This document shows positions 10,159 to 19,041 of a stretch of DNA of 64,000 nt, in pieces. The DNA is taken from the IMG/VR virus record IMGVR_UViG_3300006852_000005, positions 1 to 64,000 of that record. One strand, given 5' to 3'. Each line of letters starts with the position of its first letter. The stretch's first letter is position 1. The stretch comes from a virus. Lineage: Duplodnaviria; Caudoviricetes. Position numbers and translations under genes: made by a program. The notes beneath the pieces are model-generated. The model saw only the letters and a list, made by a program, of their open reading frames with translations. It ran no database searches and was not told the DNA's origin.

Positions 10159-11234
10159 AGACCGCCGTTATCATGCCGTCCATTCGCGTTCCGCAGAACC
10201 TGCTGTCCTGGGCGCAACTGCTCGGTGAGGGCGACATCATCGTCATCGCCGGCAACGAACGATCGCCACATGACGACATCGAGGTAGCGCTTCTTAAGAC
10301 TGCGGCGCAGCATCCCGAGGTAGCCTTCGACTACCTGCGGCCGAGTGATCGTCGATGCCAGACATCCTGGGTCAACGAGTTCATCGAACCGAACCACACC
10401 CATCGTCGCAACCTGGCACTACTCGAAGCGCTCCACCACAAGGCTGAAATGATCATCACGGTGGACGACGACAACTTCCCCGCGACGTACGAGTGGGTCA
10501 GCCTCGCCAAACACCTGATCGCGGTTCCCAACATCCGTCCGGTCGTCAGCTCGCCGTCCGGGTGGTTTGATCCAGGCCAGCTCTGCGAACCGCCTACGGT
10601 GCATCGTGGCTACCCAATCAGCCAGCGTCAGCAGCCGTCGATGTTCAACACCGCCCTATCCAAGGCCACGGAGGATCGCCGCATCGGCGTCGTGGCTGGT
10701 CTGTGGCTCGGCGATCCCGACATCGACGCGATGGAGCGCATCGTCAACGATCCGACGATCCACGCCATCAGCTCGTCAGTGACACTGGCGCCTGGCACGT
10801 GGGGACCGTTCGACTCGCAGTCGACGGCAGTCTGCCGCGAGCTGGCACCGTTGATGTTCATGTGGACGGACGTCGGTCGCTATGACGACATCTGGTGCTC
10901 GTACCTGATGCGTGCGATCATGGATGCGACCGGCTGGCACGTCACCTACGGTGAGCCGCTGGTCCGCCAGGAGCGCAACCCACACAACCTGCTACGCGAT
11001 CTCAAGGACGAGATGTTCGGGTATGAGCACACCGAGACATTGTGTGCCTTCCTTCGTGACATTAGTGATGAACTGATCGCGAAGAGAGATGATGCCGCGG
11101 TCGGTACACCCTGGACTATGTTCAAGTACGTCGTCGATCAACTCTCATGGGGTTGCCGCTTCCTACCCGATCGTACGATTCTCGGACTCAAGGCGTGGGT
11201 CAAGGACGTCGATGACCTGATGGCACCCGTCTGA
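10155..11234 (+). CDS. RGP/STELLO-family GT-A protein (UDP-arabinopyranose mutase-like)
   Basis: RRNLAL, VDDDN, HRGYP, GLWLGDPDIDA, GRYDDIW, QERNPHNLLRDLKDE. Confidence 0.8.
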   Translation: MKTAVIMPSIRVPQNLLSWAQLLGEGDIIVIAGNERSPHDDIEVALLKTAAQHPEVAFDYLRPSDRRCQTSWVNEFIEPNHTHRRNLALLEALHHKAEMIITVDDDNFPATYEWVSLAKHLIAVPNIRPVVSSPSGWFDPGQLCEPPTVHRGYPISQRQQPSMFNTALSKATEDRRIGVVAGLWLGDPDIDAMERIVNDPTIHAISSSVTLAPGTWGPFDSQSTAVCRELAPLMFMWTDVGRYDDIWCSYLMRAIMDATGWHVTYGEPLVRQERNPHNLLRDLKDEMFGYEHTETLCAFLRDISDELIAKRDDAAVGTPWTMFKYVVDQLSWGCRFLPDRTILGLKAWVKDVDDLMAPV

Positions 11235-11255
11235 CCAGGCAGTTTACAATCAACT

Positions 11256-12470
11256 GTGACGTACACGGCGATAGATTGCATGGGATTCGCCGGTGGGTTC
11301 ACCATGGGGATGGTTCAGGCTGGTTACGACCTGATCGCCAAGTGTGAACTTACCGGCGGGTTCGGCGTAACCAACTGCGAGAAGAACCGTCACCTACTCG
11401 GTCACGGGTGGAAGGCTCACGTCGGGCACGAGGACACGTGGCCGGTCATACCCGCCGACGTGGTGTTCGGCAATCCACCCTGTAGCGCCTGGTCGGTGAT
11501 GACGTCCAAGACGTCTAAGGGCCGTGACGCCAAAGTCTCTCACTGTATGTGGGCGTTCGTCAAGTACGCCGCCAAGGTGAAGCCGCAAGTAGCGGTGTTT
11601 GAGTCCGTGCAGCAGGCCTACACTAACCCACTTGGCCTCGCTATGATGCGCGATCTCCACCGACACCTCGAGGAGCTCACCGGCGAGCGCTGGTACCTTC
11701 ATCACGTCCTCCACAACGCGTACTCCGTCGGTGGCCCAGCTATGCGGCGACGATATTTTTGGGTTGCTAGCCGTGTGCCGTTCGGCATCGAGCTGCCCAA
11801 GCTGGAGTACCTCCCGAGCTGGCAAGACGTCATCGGGGACCTGGCTCCGCTCGGCGAGTCGTGGCAGGCACAGCCATACCGCGCTCCGGCGCATCCCTGG
11901 ACGAGGCAGCTTCTTAGACCTGATGATCTGGTCGACGGTCATATCAGCATCGACAACCCGCTCGTCCAGCGGGTCAAAGACCTAGCCTGCGGCGTCGAGT
12001 GGTGTGAGGGCGAAGACATCGCCAAGGTCGCGCGTCGTTACTACGAGACGCACAACAAGCTGCCACTGTCGTTCGCCGAGACCGAGGACCGCATCGTGTC
12101 CCGTGACTTCATGATGGGCTACACGACGCCGGTGCGCTGGAAGGCCAAGGACCCGACGCGCGTCATCACCGGTGGCAGCCTCATCATGGTGCTGCACCCA
12201 TGGCTCGATCGCATGATCACTCACCGCGAGGCGGCCCGCGCGCTCGGCTTCCCAGACGACTGGCGTATCGCACCGTTGCGTGGTGCACCTGGGCTGATGA
12301 TGACCTGGGGTAAGGGCATCACGACGCACTGCGGCAAGTGGATCGGCGGTTGGATCTCCAAGGCGCTAGATGGTCAACCGGGTTCAATCGTTGGGAAGCC
12401 GCTCGGAGAGCGTGAAACGGTAATCGACGTCACAAACCACTGGCAGAGTTTTGCCAGGTCAGGCCGGTAA
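11256..12470 (+). CDS. C5-cytosine DNA methyltransferase (divergent)
   Basis: Motif I GFAGGF, IV GNPPC, VI FESV, VIII MRRRYF, IX REAARALGFPD. Confidence 0.85.
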   Translation: MTYTAIDCMGFAGGFTMGMVQAGYDLIAKCELTGGFGVTNCEKNRHLLGHGWKAHVGHEDTWPVIPADVVFGNPPCSAWSVMTSKTSKGRDAKVSHCMWAFVKYAAKVKPQVAVFESVQQAYTNPLGLAMMRDLHRHLEELTGERWYLHHVLHNAYSVGGPAMRRRYFWVASRVPFGIELPKLEYLPSWQDVIGDLAPLGESWQAQPYRAPAHPWTRQLLRPDDLVDGHISIDNPLVQRVKDLACGVEWCEGEDIAKVARRYYETHNKLPLSFAETEDRIVSRDFMMGYTTPVRWKAKDPTRVITGGSLIMVLHPWLDRMITHREAARALGFPDDWRIAPLRGAPGLMMTWGKGITTHCGKWIGGWISKALDGQPGSIVGKPLGERETVIDVTNHWQSFARSGR

Positions 12471-12563
12471 CAAATCTTGTCATGCACTTGATATAATGAC
12501 TGGCGTACCACAAACACAGAGACGTAGCACCGGAAACATAGTCCCCAACGCTAGGAGAACATA

Positions 12564-12830
12564 ATGACCGAGCCTGTGGCTCCTGAGGCACCGGCTGAGC
12601 GTCGGCGTGGGCGGCCTCGTCCCGAAGCTACGATCGAACGCGATCGTCAGGTGTTCGATGCCCTCGCGGATGGCCCGCTGACGAAGAAGGAAATCGTCGA
12701 GAAGACCGAACTGCCGGCCAACGCCGTCTACCTGTCGATCTACCGACTTCGCACTGGTGACGCGCCGAAGATCTCCAAGGTCGACGGCAAGGCCCACACG
12801 TGGCAGCGCGTCGAGGGTGCCGTCCTCTAG
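12564..12830 (+). CDS. Small winged-helix DNA-binding protein with AT-hook-like RRRGRPR
   Basis: RRRGRPRP followed by LTKKEIVEKTELPANAVYLSIYRL. Confidence 0.7.
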   Translation: MTEPVAPEAPAERRRGRPRPEATIERDRQVFDALADGPLTKKEIVEKTELPANAVYLSIYRLRTGDAPKISKVDGKAHTWQRVEGAVL

Positions 12831-12858
12831 ACCTTCACCTCCTCACCCCCCGTAGGGA

Positions 12859-12894
12859 ACATCAGGCCGTCTACTTCGGTAGGCGGCCTGATGT
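12859..12894 (+). terminator. Hairpin terminator with cUUCGg loop
   Basis: ACATCAGGCCGTCTAC-TTCG-GTAGGCGGCCTGATGT, 16 bp with one G-U. Confidence 0.75.
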
Positions 12895-12992
12895 CATTGT
12901 GTTGTGATGTCGACGGTCGTGCTACGATGTTGATCGTGGCGGTACGGGTCACGAGACCATAATCATGCGTGCAACGTAACGGGGACGACACG

Positions 12993-13304
12993 ATGTTGGA
13001 GGACTTCAAGTGGTTGACGGATCTTGGGCCGGTCGGCCTCCTTATCCTCCTAACCGCACTAACGGTAGTGTCTATGTATCGCGGCTGGTTGGTCTCGGGA
13101 GCGGTCTACCGACGAGAGCAGAAGCTTCACGACTCGGCCCGAGAGGCGTTACTTCAAAGCTTGACCAACGGTGGGGTACAGAACGAACTACTCAGACAAA
13201 TTATCGCGGAGCTCCGAAAACCGGCAGAATATCGGACATGGGGCGACACCGCAGACGCACCTTCAAGTCCACCACAGAACTATCGTGGTCGGCACGCGTC
13301 ATGA
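12993..13304 (+). CDS. Membrane protein (lysis-cassette-like)
   Basis: N-terminal TM followed by RGWLV, then a helical tail. Confidence 0.65.
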   Translation: MLEDFKWLTDLGPVGLLILLTALTVVSMYRGWLVSGAVYRREQKLHDSAREALLQSLTNGGVQNELLRQIIAELRKPAEYRTWGDTADAPSSPPQNYRGRHAS

Positions 13305-13471
13305 CGACGATTCGCAGTGCCTTACGAAACATGATGCCATCGAGCATTCACCGTCACCAAGCTACGGCACAACATGAGATCAACCACGCCACAGCCGTTG
13401 TTGAACAGCAGAAGAGGGAGACTGACCTTCTAGCAGAGCAGGTGTGGCGAGCTATGGGTGGTCATCCATGA
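13301..13471 (+). CDS. Small hypothetical protein
   Basis: ATGA overlaps at both ends. Confidence 0.55.
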   Translation: MTTIRSALRNMMPSSIHRHQATAQHEINHATAVVEQQKRETDLLAEQVWRAMGGHP

Positions 13472-13758
13472 TTGGGTTTCTCAAGATCCTTATCATCATT
13501 TTAGCCTGTCTCGTCACAACTGTGGCGGTCGTCTACGGCGTGCGTTCACCGTGGTACCGCTTACCCGTTGGGCAACGACTCTTCGCAGATCGTGTGGTGA
13601 TGGCAAGCATCCTCTGGTTTCAAGTCTTACAAATGGCCGGTGTACGCGTACCGTTAGGCGTGTACGTGGGATGTTTCATTCTCTTCATTATCATTGAGAT
13701 CTGGAACTTCATACTCGTACTTCGCGCACAGGCACAGGCACGAAAGGTAAAACCATGA
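13468..13758 (+). CDS. Three-TM membrane protein, putative holin
   Basis: Three hydrophobic segments, SPWYR..VG motif, basic C-terminus. Confidence 0.6.
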   Translation: MIGFLKILIIILACLVTTVAVVYGVRSPWYRLPVGQRLFADRVVMASILWFQVLQMAGVRVPLGVYVGCFILFIIIEIWNFILVLRAQAQARKVKP

Positions 13759-13997
13759 AGGTCAACGAGATCACCAAGGCCATCGTAGGTGCGGCCGCCG
13801 CGGGTACCGCCGCGCTCGTCACCGCGACGCTGGACAACAACGTCAGCCTCACCGAGTGGGCGGTGATCATCAACTCGGTCGTAGCCACATTTGCCATCGT
13901 CTGGGGTGCGCCCAACGCGCCTATGGCTCTCAAGATCGCACAGGATCAACCACACCTCGACGACAAGCCGCCAACGGTGAAGGTCGTCGGCGTCTAA
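13755..13997 (+). CDS. Putative actinophage holin
   Basis: KAIVGA..., VSLTEW, two TMs, VWGAPN. Confidence 0.65.
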   Translation: MKVNEITKAIVGAAAAGTAALVTATLDNNVSLTEWAVIINSVVATFAIVWGAPNAPMALKIAQDQPHLDDKPPTVKVVGV

Positions 13998-14097
13998 AAA
14001 TCTTGAAAATTCTTGTGCTTTCGGTGGTACGGACGCACTTAACTGTGCTATGATCTAACTAGCAGCAAAACAGTGATCAAAGTGATAGGAGCATTCC

Positions 14098-14664
14098 ATG
14101 GGTCAAAACACCCTCGCGAGTGACAAGCAGATCAAGTACATCACAGACCTGATCGCCCAGCGGCCGACGTGGCCGACCATCAAGGACTCCATCGTCCGTA
14201 AGACAATTCGTTACATTAAGCGTGACGAGGATGTCTCGATGCAGGATGCGTCCAACGCCATCGACGCCCTGCTCAAGTTGCCGATTCCGCAGTCCAAGGC
14301 CGCCGAGCCGTGGGTCGAGGTCAACGACATCCTGCAGCAGTTGCCGCTGTCTCGTTACGCGCTGCCGCGTGTTGACGGCTCTGGCTGGGACTTCTTCGAG
14401 GTCACCGAGCTGAAGCTCGGCAACAAGGTGCTGAAGTTCCGCTACATCAAGCAACTGATCGGTGCGCCCGGCGACTGGACTCGTAAGAAGTTGACGTTCA
14501 ACCTGGCGCTGGCCGCCGCGAAGCACATACTCGAGGCGCCCAAGCACGCCGCCGTCCAGTACGCCAAGCAGCATGGCCGCTGCGCCGTCTGCGACGCGCA
14601 CCTCTCCGACCCGGTATCCATCGCCCAGTCGATGGGTCCGGTCTGCGCGAAGAGGTTCGTGTGA
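14098..14664 (+). CDS. DUF6011-like Zn-finger protein
   Basis: ASDKQIKYI N-terminus; CAVCDAHLSDPVSIAQSMGPVC. Confidence 0.75.
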   Translation: MGQNTLASDKQIKYITDLIAQRPTWPTIKDSIVRKTIRYIKRDEDVSMQDASNAIDALLKLPIPQSKAAEPWVEVNDILQQLPLSRYALPRVDGSGWDFFEVTELKLGNKVLKFRYIKQLIGAPGDWTRKKLTFNLALAAAKHILEAPKHAAVQYAKQHGRCAVCDAHLSDPVSIAQSMGPVCAKRFV

Positions 14665-14804
14665 GCCGCCGAGTTCGAGTCCGCTGGCCCCGCGCGAATG
14701 TACGCGTGGGGCCGGTGGGCCTTTCCATTGGAGCCACCACCGCATCGATCTTCGCGCTCTGCTGCGGATGTCGACTCTGGACCATCTTCATGTGAGGAGT
14801 GACC

Positions 14805-15020
14805 ATGCCGAAGTACCAAGTCAGCATGCCTAAGATCATTTGGCTCACCATCGACGTCGAAGCCGACGACGAGGAGCAGGCGCAAGAGAAGGCATGGGAT
14901 AACGCTCCTAGTCTCTGCGCCCAGTGCACCGGCTGGGGTCGTGAATACAGCATCGACGAGGACAACGCGTGGGGTGACGTTCACGACATTGAGACCGACA
15001 TTCGTCTCCTCGAGGAGTAG
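14805..15020 (+). CDS. Hypothetical protein
   Basis: GAGGAG RBS; VEADDEEQAQEKAW, CAQC. Confidence 0.65.
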   Translation: MPKYQVSMPKIIWLTIDVEADDEEQAQEKAWDNAPSLCAQCTGWGREYSIDEDNAWGDVHDIETDIRLLEE

Positions 15021-15022
15021 TC

Positions 15023-15274
15023 ATGACCAAGAAGGCAAGACCATGGGGTCGTCCCGGGATGAAGATGTCAAGAGCCGTAAAGGAGGTTATAGACATGAGT
15101 ACGTACTTCGATGCGGTGCTGACCCAGGACATGCTTCCGCTCTACAACGGAACGCCGGAGGAGGTCAGGACCTGGCTCGAGAAGAACACCACGTTCGAGT
15201 CGATCATCGTGTGCGACGGGCGGACGCTGGAGTGCATGTCTCCTTCCGTGTACCTAGAGCGTGAGGTGAAGTGA
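15023..15274 (+). CDS. Hypothetical protein
   Basis: ORF in a tightly packed operon; start uncertain. Confidence 0.55.
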   Translation: MTKKARPWGRPGMKMSRAVKEVIDMSTYFDAVLTQDMLPLYNGTPEEVRTWLEKNTTFESIIVCDGRTLECMSPSVYLEREVK

Positions 15275-15588
15275 TGGGATACAAGCTGTTTCCCACGCCG
15301 AAGCAGTGCTACGACCGCGTACCGCATGAGAACCACAAGTGGGACATCACGCGCATGGGCTATTCGGAATGGTTCAAGTGCCCCGGCGTACCCACGACCA
15401 GCACGGTGTCATTCAAGGTACGCGCGGTCACCGGTAGTGGGCACGTACACGTGCAATTCTTCGCATCGGAGTTCGGACGGGAGACCACGCACGGTAAAAA
15501 CGGTACGTTGGTGTTCCGCCTGACCGAGTGGCCCGCGTTCCGCGAGACACTGCAACGGAATCCGATGATCCAGATCACGGAGGAGTAG
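15271..15588 (+). CDS. Hypothetical protein
   Basis: GAGGTG RBS, overlapping stop/start. Confidence 0.6.
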   Translation: MMGYKLFPTPKQCYDRVPHENHKWDITRMGYSEWFKCPGVPTTSTVSFKVRAVTGSGHVHVQFFASEFGRETTHGKNGTLVFRLTEWPAFRETLQRNPMIQITEE

Positions 15589-15649
15589 CCGACACCACCC
15601 CACTGTGCTACAGTCGAATCAAGAACGAGTGATAAAAAGGAGTGATCTA

Positions 15650-16585
15650 GTGACCACAGCGACACTACCCCCACAGACCGCCACGATGTTCTCGGCGCGT
15701 GAGGTCCCGTGGATGAAGCTCGGCAAGCTCATCGACGAGCCGATCACCGCGGCCGAGGCCATCAAGTTGGCCGGACTCGACTTCACCGTCTCGCCTCGTC
15801 AGGTCGCGTTCATCGGCGTCGACGGCGGCTGGACCGTGTATCCCAATAAGAACGCCATCGTCAACGACACCACCGGACAGCCGCTCGGCATCATGAGCGA
15901 CGGCTACGAGATCCTGCAGTACGGCGAGGCGTTCGACTTCATGGACACCATCGCACCTCACTACGTCGCCGGCGGCGCGCTCAAGGGCGGGCGTCAGGGG
16001 TTCCTCGTCGTCAAGGCGCCGACCGACGTCAACACGGCCCTCAAGAAGCTCGACCCCCACGACTTCTACATCGTTGTGCGGACCAGCCACGACGGCACTC
16101 GCGCCGTCGAGGCCTCGGTGATGACCCTCCGGCATCGGTGCATGAACCAGCTGACGCTCAAGAGTTTCGCCAAGGGCGTCAAGTACCGCTGGTCGGTCAA
16201 GCACACGAAGTCCATGGCCATCAAGCTGGCCGAGGCGCAGGACGCGATCGCCAAGCTGGACACGTACAGCACCGCCTACGCCAAGCTGGTCGAGCGCATG
16301 ACCAACATGAAGGTGTCGGAGGACCTGGGCGTCGAGACGCTACAGTTCGTTCTTCCCAACCGTCCCAAGCGCGACGAGCAGATCCAGCGCATCACGCACG
16401 CCTGGCAGTACGACACCGACCACGTCGGGTTCGCCAACACCGGCTGGGGGCTCGTCAACGCCGTCTCGGAGTACTTCGACTGGGGACGTACCGGCGGCAC
16501 GCCGGAGTCACGGTTCCTCGGTGCCATCGAGGGCCAGACGCACGCTGCCATCAACCGAACCATGACCTACCTACTCACCACCTGA
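15650..16585 (+). CDS. DUF932 domain protein
   Basis: REVPW..LG, LAGLDF, TSHDGT, C.NQL, TGWGLVNAVSEYFDW. Confidence 0.85.
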   Translation: MTTATLPPQTATMFSAREVPWMKLGKLIDEPITAAEAIKLAGLDFTVSPRQVAFIGVDGGWTVYPNKNAIVNDTTGQPLGIMSDGYEILQYGEAFDFMDTIAPHYVAGGALKGGRQGFLVVKAPTDVNTALKKLDPHDFYIVVRTSHDGTRAVEASVMTLRHRCMNQLTLKSFAKGVKYRWSVKHTKSMAIKLAEAQDAIAKLDTYSTAYAKLVERMTNMKVSEDLGVETLQFVLPNRPKRDEQIQRITHAWQYDTDHVGFANTGWGLVNAVSEYFDWGRTGGTPESRFLGAIEGQTHAAINRTMTYLLTT

Positions 16586-16614
16586 ACCGAGGTTGTACGA
16601 TCGGTTCTACGAGC

Positions 16615-16661
16615 GGCCGATGTCCGGGACACTTACCCCCGTTGGTGCCCGGACATCGGTC
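16615..16661 (+). terminator. Long hairpin after DUF932 (probable terminator)
   Basis: CCGATGTCCGGG ... CCCGGACATCGG 12 bp perfect stem. Confidence 0.55.
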
Positions 16662-16683
16662 TATACGACAACAGTGATGGAGA

Positions 16684-17034
16684 ATGATCATGACGGCCGC
16701 GCACGCACTCAGTTGGAGACTTAAGGCGCTGTGTCGCACGATGGATCCGGACCTGTTCTACTCTGACAAGCCGGATGATCAAAATGAGGCGGTCAACACG
16801 TGCTGGCGTTGCCCAGCACGGTTGGACTGCTTCGACTACGCCACCAATGCGAAGACACGTCAGGACTTCGGCGTCTGGGGCGGCACCACACCGGCCGAGC
16901 GCCGACAGATCCGGGTGCCACGTGTTCGCATCAAGTGTCCTCACTGCGGTCCCGGCACAAGAATCTTTGGGGGCAACGACGAGACGCCCGCGGCGATCTG
17001 TCTTTCATGTGGATTGTCTTGGCGAACCAAGTGA
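16684..17034 (+). CDS. whiB: WhiB-family transcription factor with extra C-terminal Zn ribbon
   Basis: C..DPDLF, CWRCPARLDC, GVWGG; extra CPHC...CLSC. Confidence 0.9.
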   Translation: MIMTAAHALSWRLKALCRTMDPDLFYSDKPDDQNEAVNTCWRCPARLDCFDYATNAKTRQDFGVWGGTTPAERRQIRVPRVRIKCPHCGPGTRIFGGNDETPAAICLSCGLSWRTK

Positions 17035-17079
17035 TTGCGTGATAAAATAAACCTATCGCCAACGATAGGAGTGATACTA

Positions 17080-17307
17080 GTGATCATGGTCATCGACACC
17101 ATCGAAACCTTCGACGTAGCCGAGACGGCTAACGTGCTGCTTCAGCACGGCATCTCGTTCGCCATCGAAGTTGTCGCGACCGGCTTACCCGACGGCCTCA
17201 CGCAGGTGGCCGTCGCCGCCACCGATTCGGACATGCGCCAGGTATGTCAGGTTCTCGATCTTGACTTTGAGGACGCGCGCGTATTGTACGATCCCGACGC
17301 GAAGTAG
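17080..17307 (+). CDS. Hypothetical protein
   Basis: AGGAGTGAT RBS; last gene of the plus arm. Confidence 0.6.
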   Translation: MIMVIDTIETFDVAETANVLLQHGISFAIEVVATGLPDGLTQVAVAATDSDMRQVCQVLDLDFEDARVLYDPDAK

Positions 17308-17328
17308 CCCTGCGGTATCTATCCAGGC

Positions 17329-17373
17329 AGGCGCCGTTCGGTCCTCTAGGGAGGACTGACGGCGCTTGTTTTT
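17329..17373 (+). terminator. Terminator between the convergent arms
   Basis: AGGCGCCGT-CGGTCCTC-TAGG-GAGGACTG-ACGGCGCTT followed by a T tract. Confidence 0.75.
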
Positions 17374-17395
17374 GTATCTAAACGGTACAAACACG

Positions 17396-18436
17396 CTAAC
17401 CGCGAACGAACTTCAACGCTTCATCCCACGCTTCCATCCAGCGCCACGCGTTGGCCTCGATCGTCCACTTTCGGGCTACATCTCGTCCGCGCTCAGAAAA
17501 TTCTTGACGCAGTGACGGACTTTGGGCTAGGTTCTTCAGCACCGCGTACCAGTCCTTGCCCTTGTGCGCCACCATGCCGACGCCCAGCTCCATAATGGAC
17601 GAGTACTCGATCCGCGGGCTCATCACACAGGGTACTCCGACCGCCGCCATCTCCATCGGCTTGAGCCATGACTTCGCACGGTTGAACTGCGAGTCGGCCA
17701 GTGGCGCCACACCGATGCCGAGCGTTCCGAGCGTTAAAGCCCATGCCTCATCCATGTCAACGGCACCGGTGATGTGAGGCTCCTGCTTGAGTCGCAAGAT
17801 GCGCTGGACGTCATCGCCCGGTCCTACGACGCGGAAGGTGAAGCCCTCATTGGTGAGCTGCTGGATCGACGTCCCCATCACCTGCAGGTCGGTCGGATGT
17901 GAGTGCACCGATCCACCCCACCCGATGACGTCCGAATCTCGACGTGGCACGGTGAGGTACCACTCGGGTACGCAGTTCTTCAACACGCTGACACGTCCGT
18001 GTGGCGCGTAGATCGAAGCCAGTGCATCGGTTGAGACCACGACACGGCTGACGAGCTGCGCCGCCAAGGTGGTGTTAATCCACTTGTGATCCGGTCTGGC
18101 CTCGATCGCCATCTTCGCCGGATGCCGTGAGTGGAGCGATCTTAGGTCGTCATCCACATCCATGACGACCGCAATGCCCTTGGCCTGCATGAGAGGTATG
18201 GCTTCTAAGATCCGTTCATGCGTGACGCGCTGGAACACGATGACATCGGCGTCGGGTGGCGTCAAAACCTTCGTCATGACGCCGTACTCCACCGTAGCGT
18301 CGATGAAGTTCTCACGCTCTTGTGGCATCACGATCTGAACGTCATAGCCCTGGTCGACCAGCGCCTGGCTGGGCCAGATGACACGGTACTTACCACATCC
18401 CGTCGCGTCAACGGGAAAGACGTAGACCTTCACCAT
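17396..18436 (-). CDS. GT-B glycosyltransferase
   Basis: GCGKYRVIWP, VMDVDDD, GWGGS.HSH..DL, APL...FNRAKSWLK..E. Confidence 0.85.
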   Translation of the reverse strand: MVKVYVFPVDATGCGKYRVIWPSQALVDQGYDVQIVMPQERENFIDATVEYGVMTKVLTPPDADVIVFQRVTHERILEAIPLMQAKGIAVVMDVDDDLRSLHSRHPAKMAIEARPDHKWINTTLAAQLVSRVVVSTDALASIYAPHGRVSVLKNCVPEWYLTVPRRDSDVIGWGGSVHSHPTDLQVMGTSIQQLTNEGFTFRVVGPGDDVQRILRLKQEPHITGAVDMDEAWALTLGTLGIGVAPLADSQFNRAKSWLKPMEMAAVGVPCVMSPRIEYSSIMELGVGMVAHKGKDWYAVLKNLAQSPSLRQEFSERGRDVARKWTIEANAWRWMEAWDEALKFVRG

Positions 18437-19041
18437 TCCACCCGACTGGCGAGACCGCTGGAGTTTGTTCCATGGTGATGCCACTTCCAGGTGACCTGCG
18501 GCACGTGCTTGAACTTCGCACCCATGTCGAGGAGTTGCAGGTAGAAACCCCAGTCATCGTAGATCGAGTCGGGTGGTGGCTCGAACTTGGCCTTCTTGGC
18601 TAGTTCGGTTCGGACGAGGCTGGTGACGGGAATGTACGACGTGAGCCGTAGTAGATGAGGGTCGAACGGTTGAAGGAATCTTCCCCACTCCATTCGACGA
18701 GGAATCTCGATCCCGCGGTGATCATAGACTCGACAACCTGGGTAGTAAACGTCGAAGTCGTCGTTGCGAGCGTAGTTTGTGAGAGTCGCGAGATGGGTAG
18801 GTAGAAGTTCGTCATCATCGTCAAGGAACGCGACCCACTTCGTCTCAACCATCGCCAACATGCGGTTCCGCAGCTCGGATGCGCCTAGGTGCTCGTCGTC
18901 GTACATGAGTAGCGTCTGCGCCGGCTGTACGGTCTGCTTTGACACCGACATCAAGGCACGCTCGAGCATGACGTGTCGCGCCGGTGTTGGAATGTGTGGA
19001 ATGATCATCGTCACATCTGCGACGGGTCGTTCGTCTACCAT
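18430..19041 (-). CDS. GT2-family glycosyltransferase
   Basis: RAL.SV..QT, AFLDDDD, DDW. Confidence 0.85.
   Translation of the reverse strand: MVDERPVADVTMIIPHIPTPARHVMLERALMSVSKQTVQPAQTLLMYDDEHLGASELRNRMLAMVETKWVAFLDDDDELLPTHLATLTNYARNDDFDVYYPGCRVYDHRGIEIPRRMEWGRFLQPFDPHLLRLTSYIPVTSLVRTELAKKAKFEPPPDSIYDDWGFYLQLLDMGAKFKHVPQVTWKWHHHGTNSSGLASRVEW

Noticed and set aside
3085-17080. Recurrent (A)GGAGTGAT before plus-strand genes as an operator
   Set aside because: Explained as an extended Shine-Dalgarno sequence
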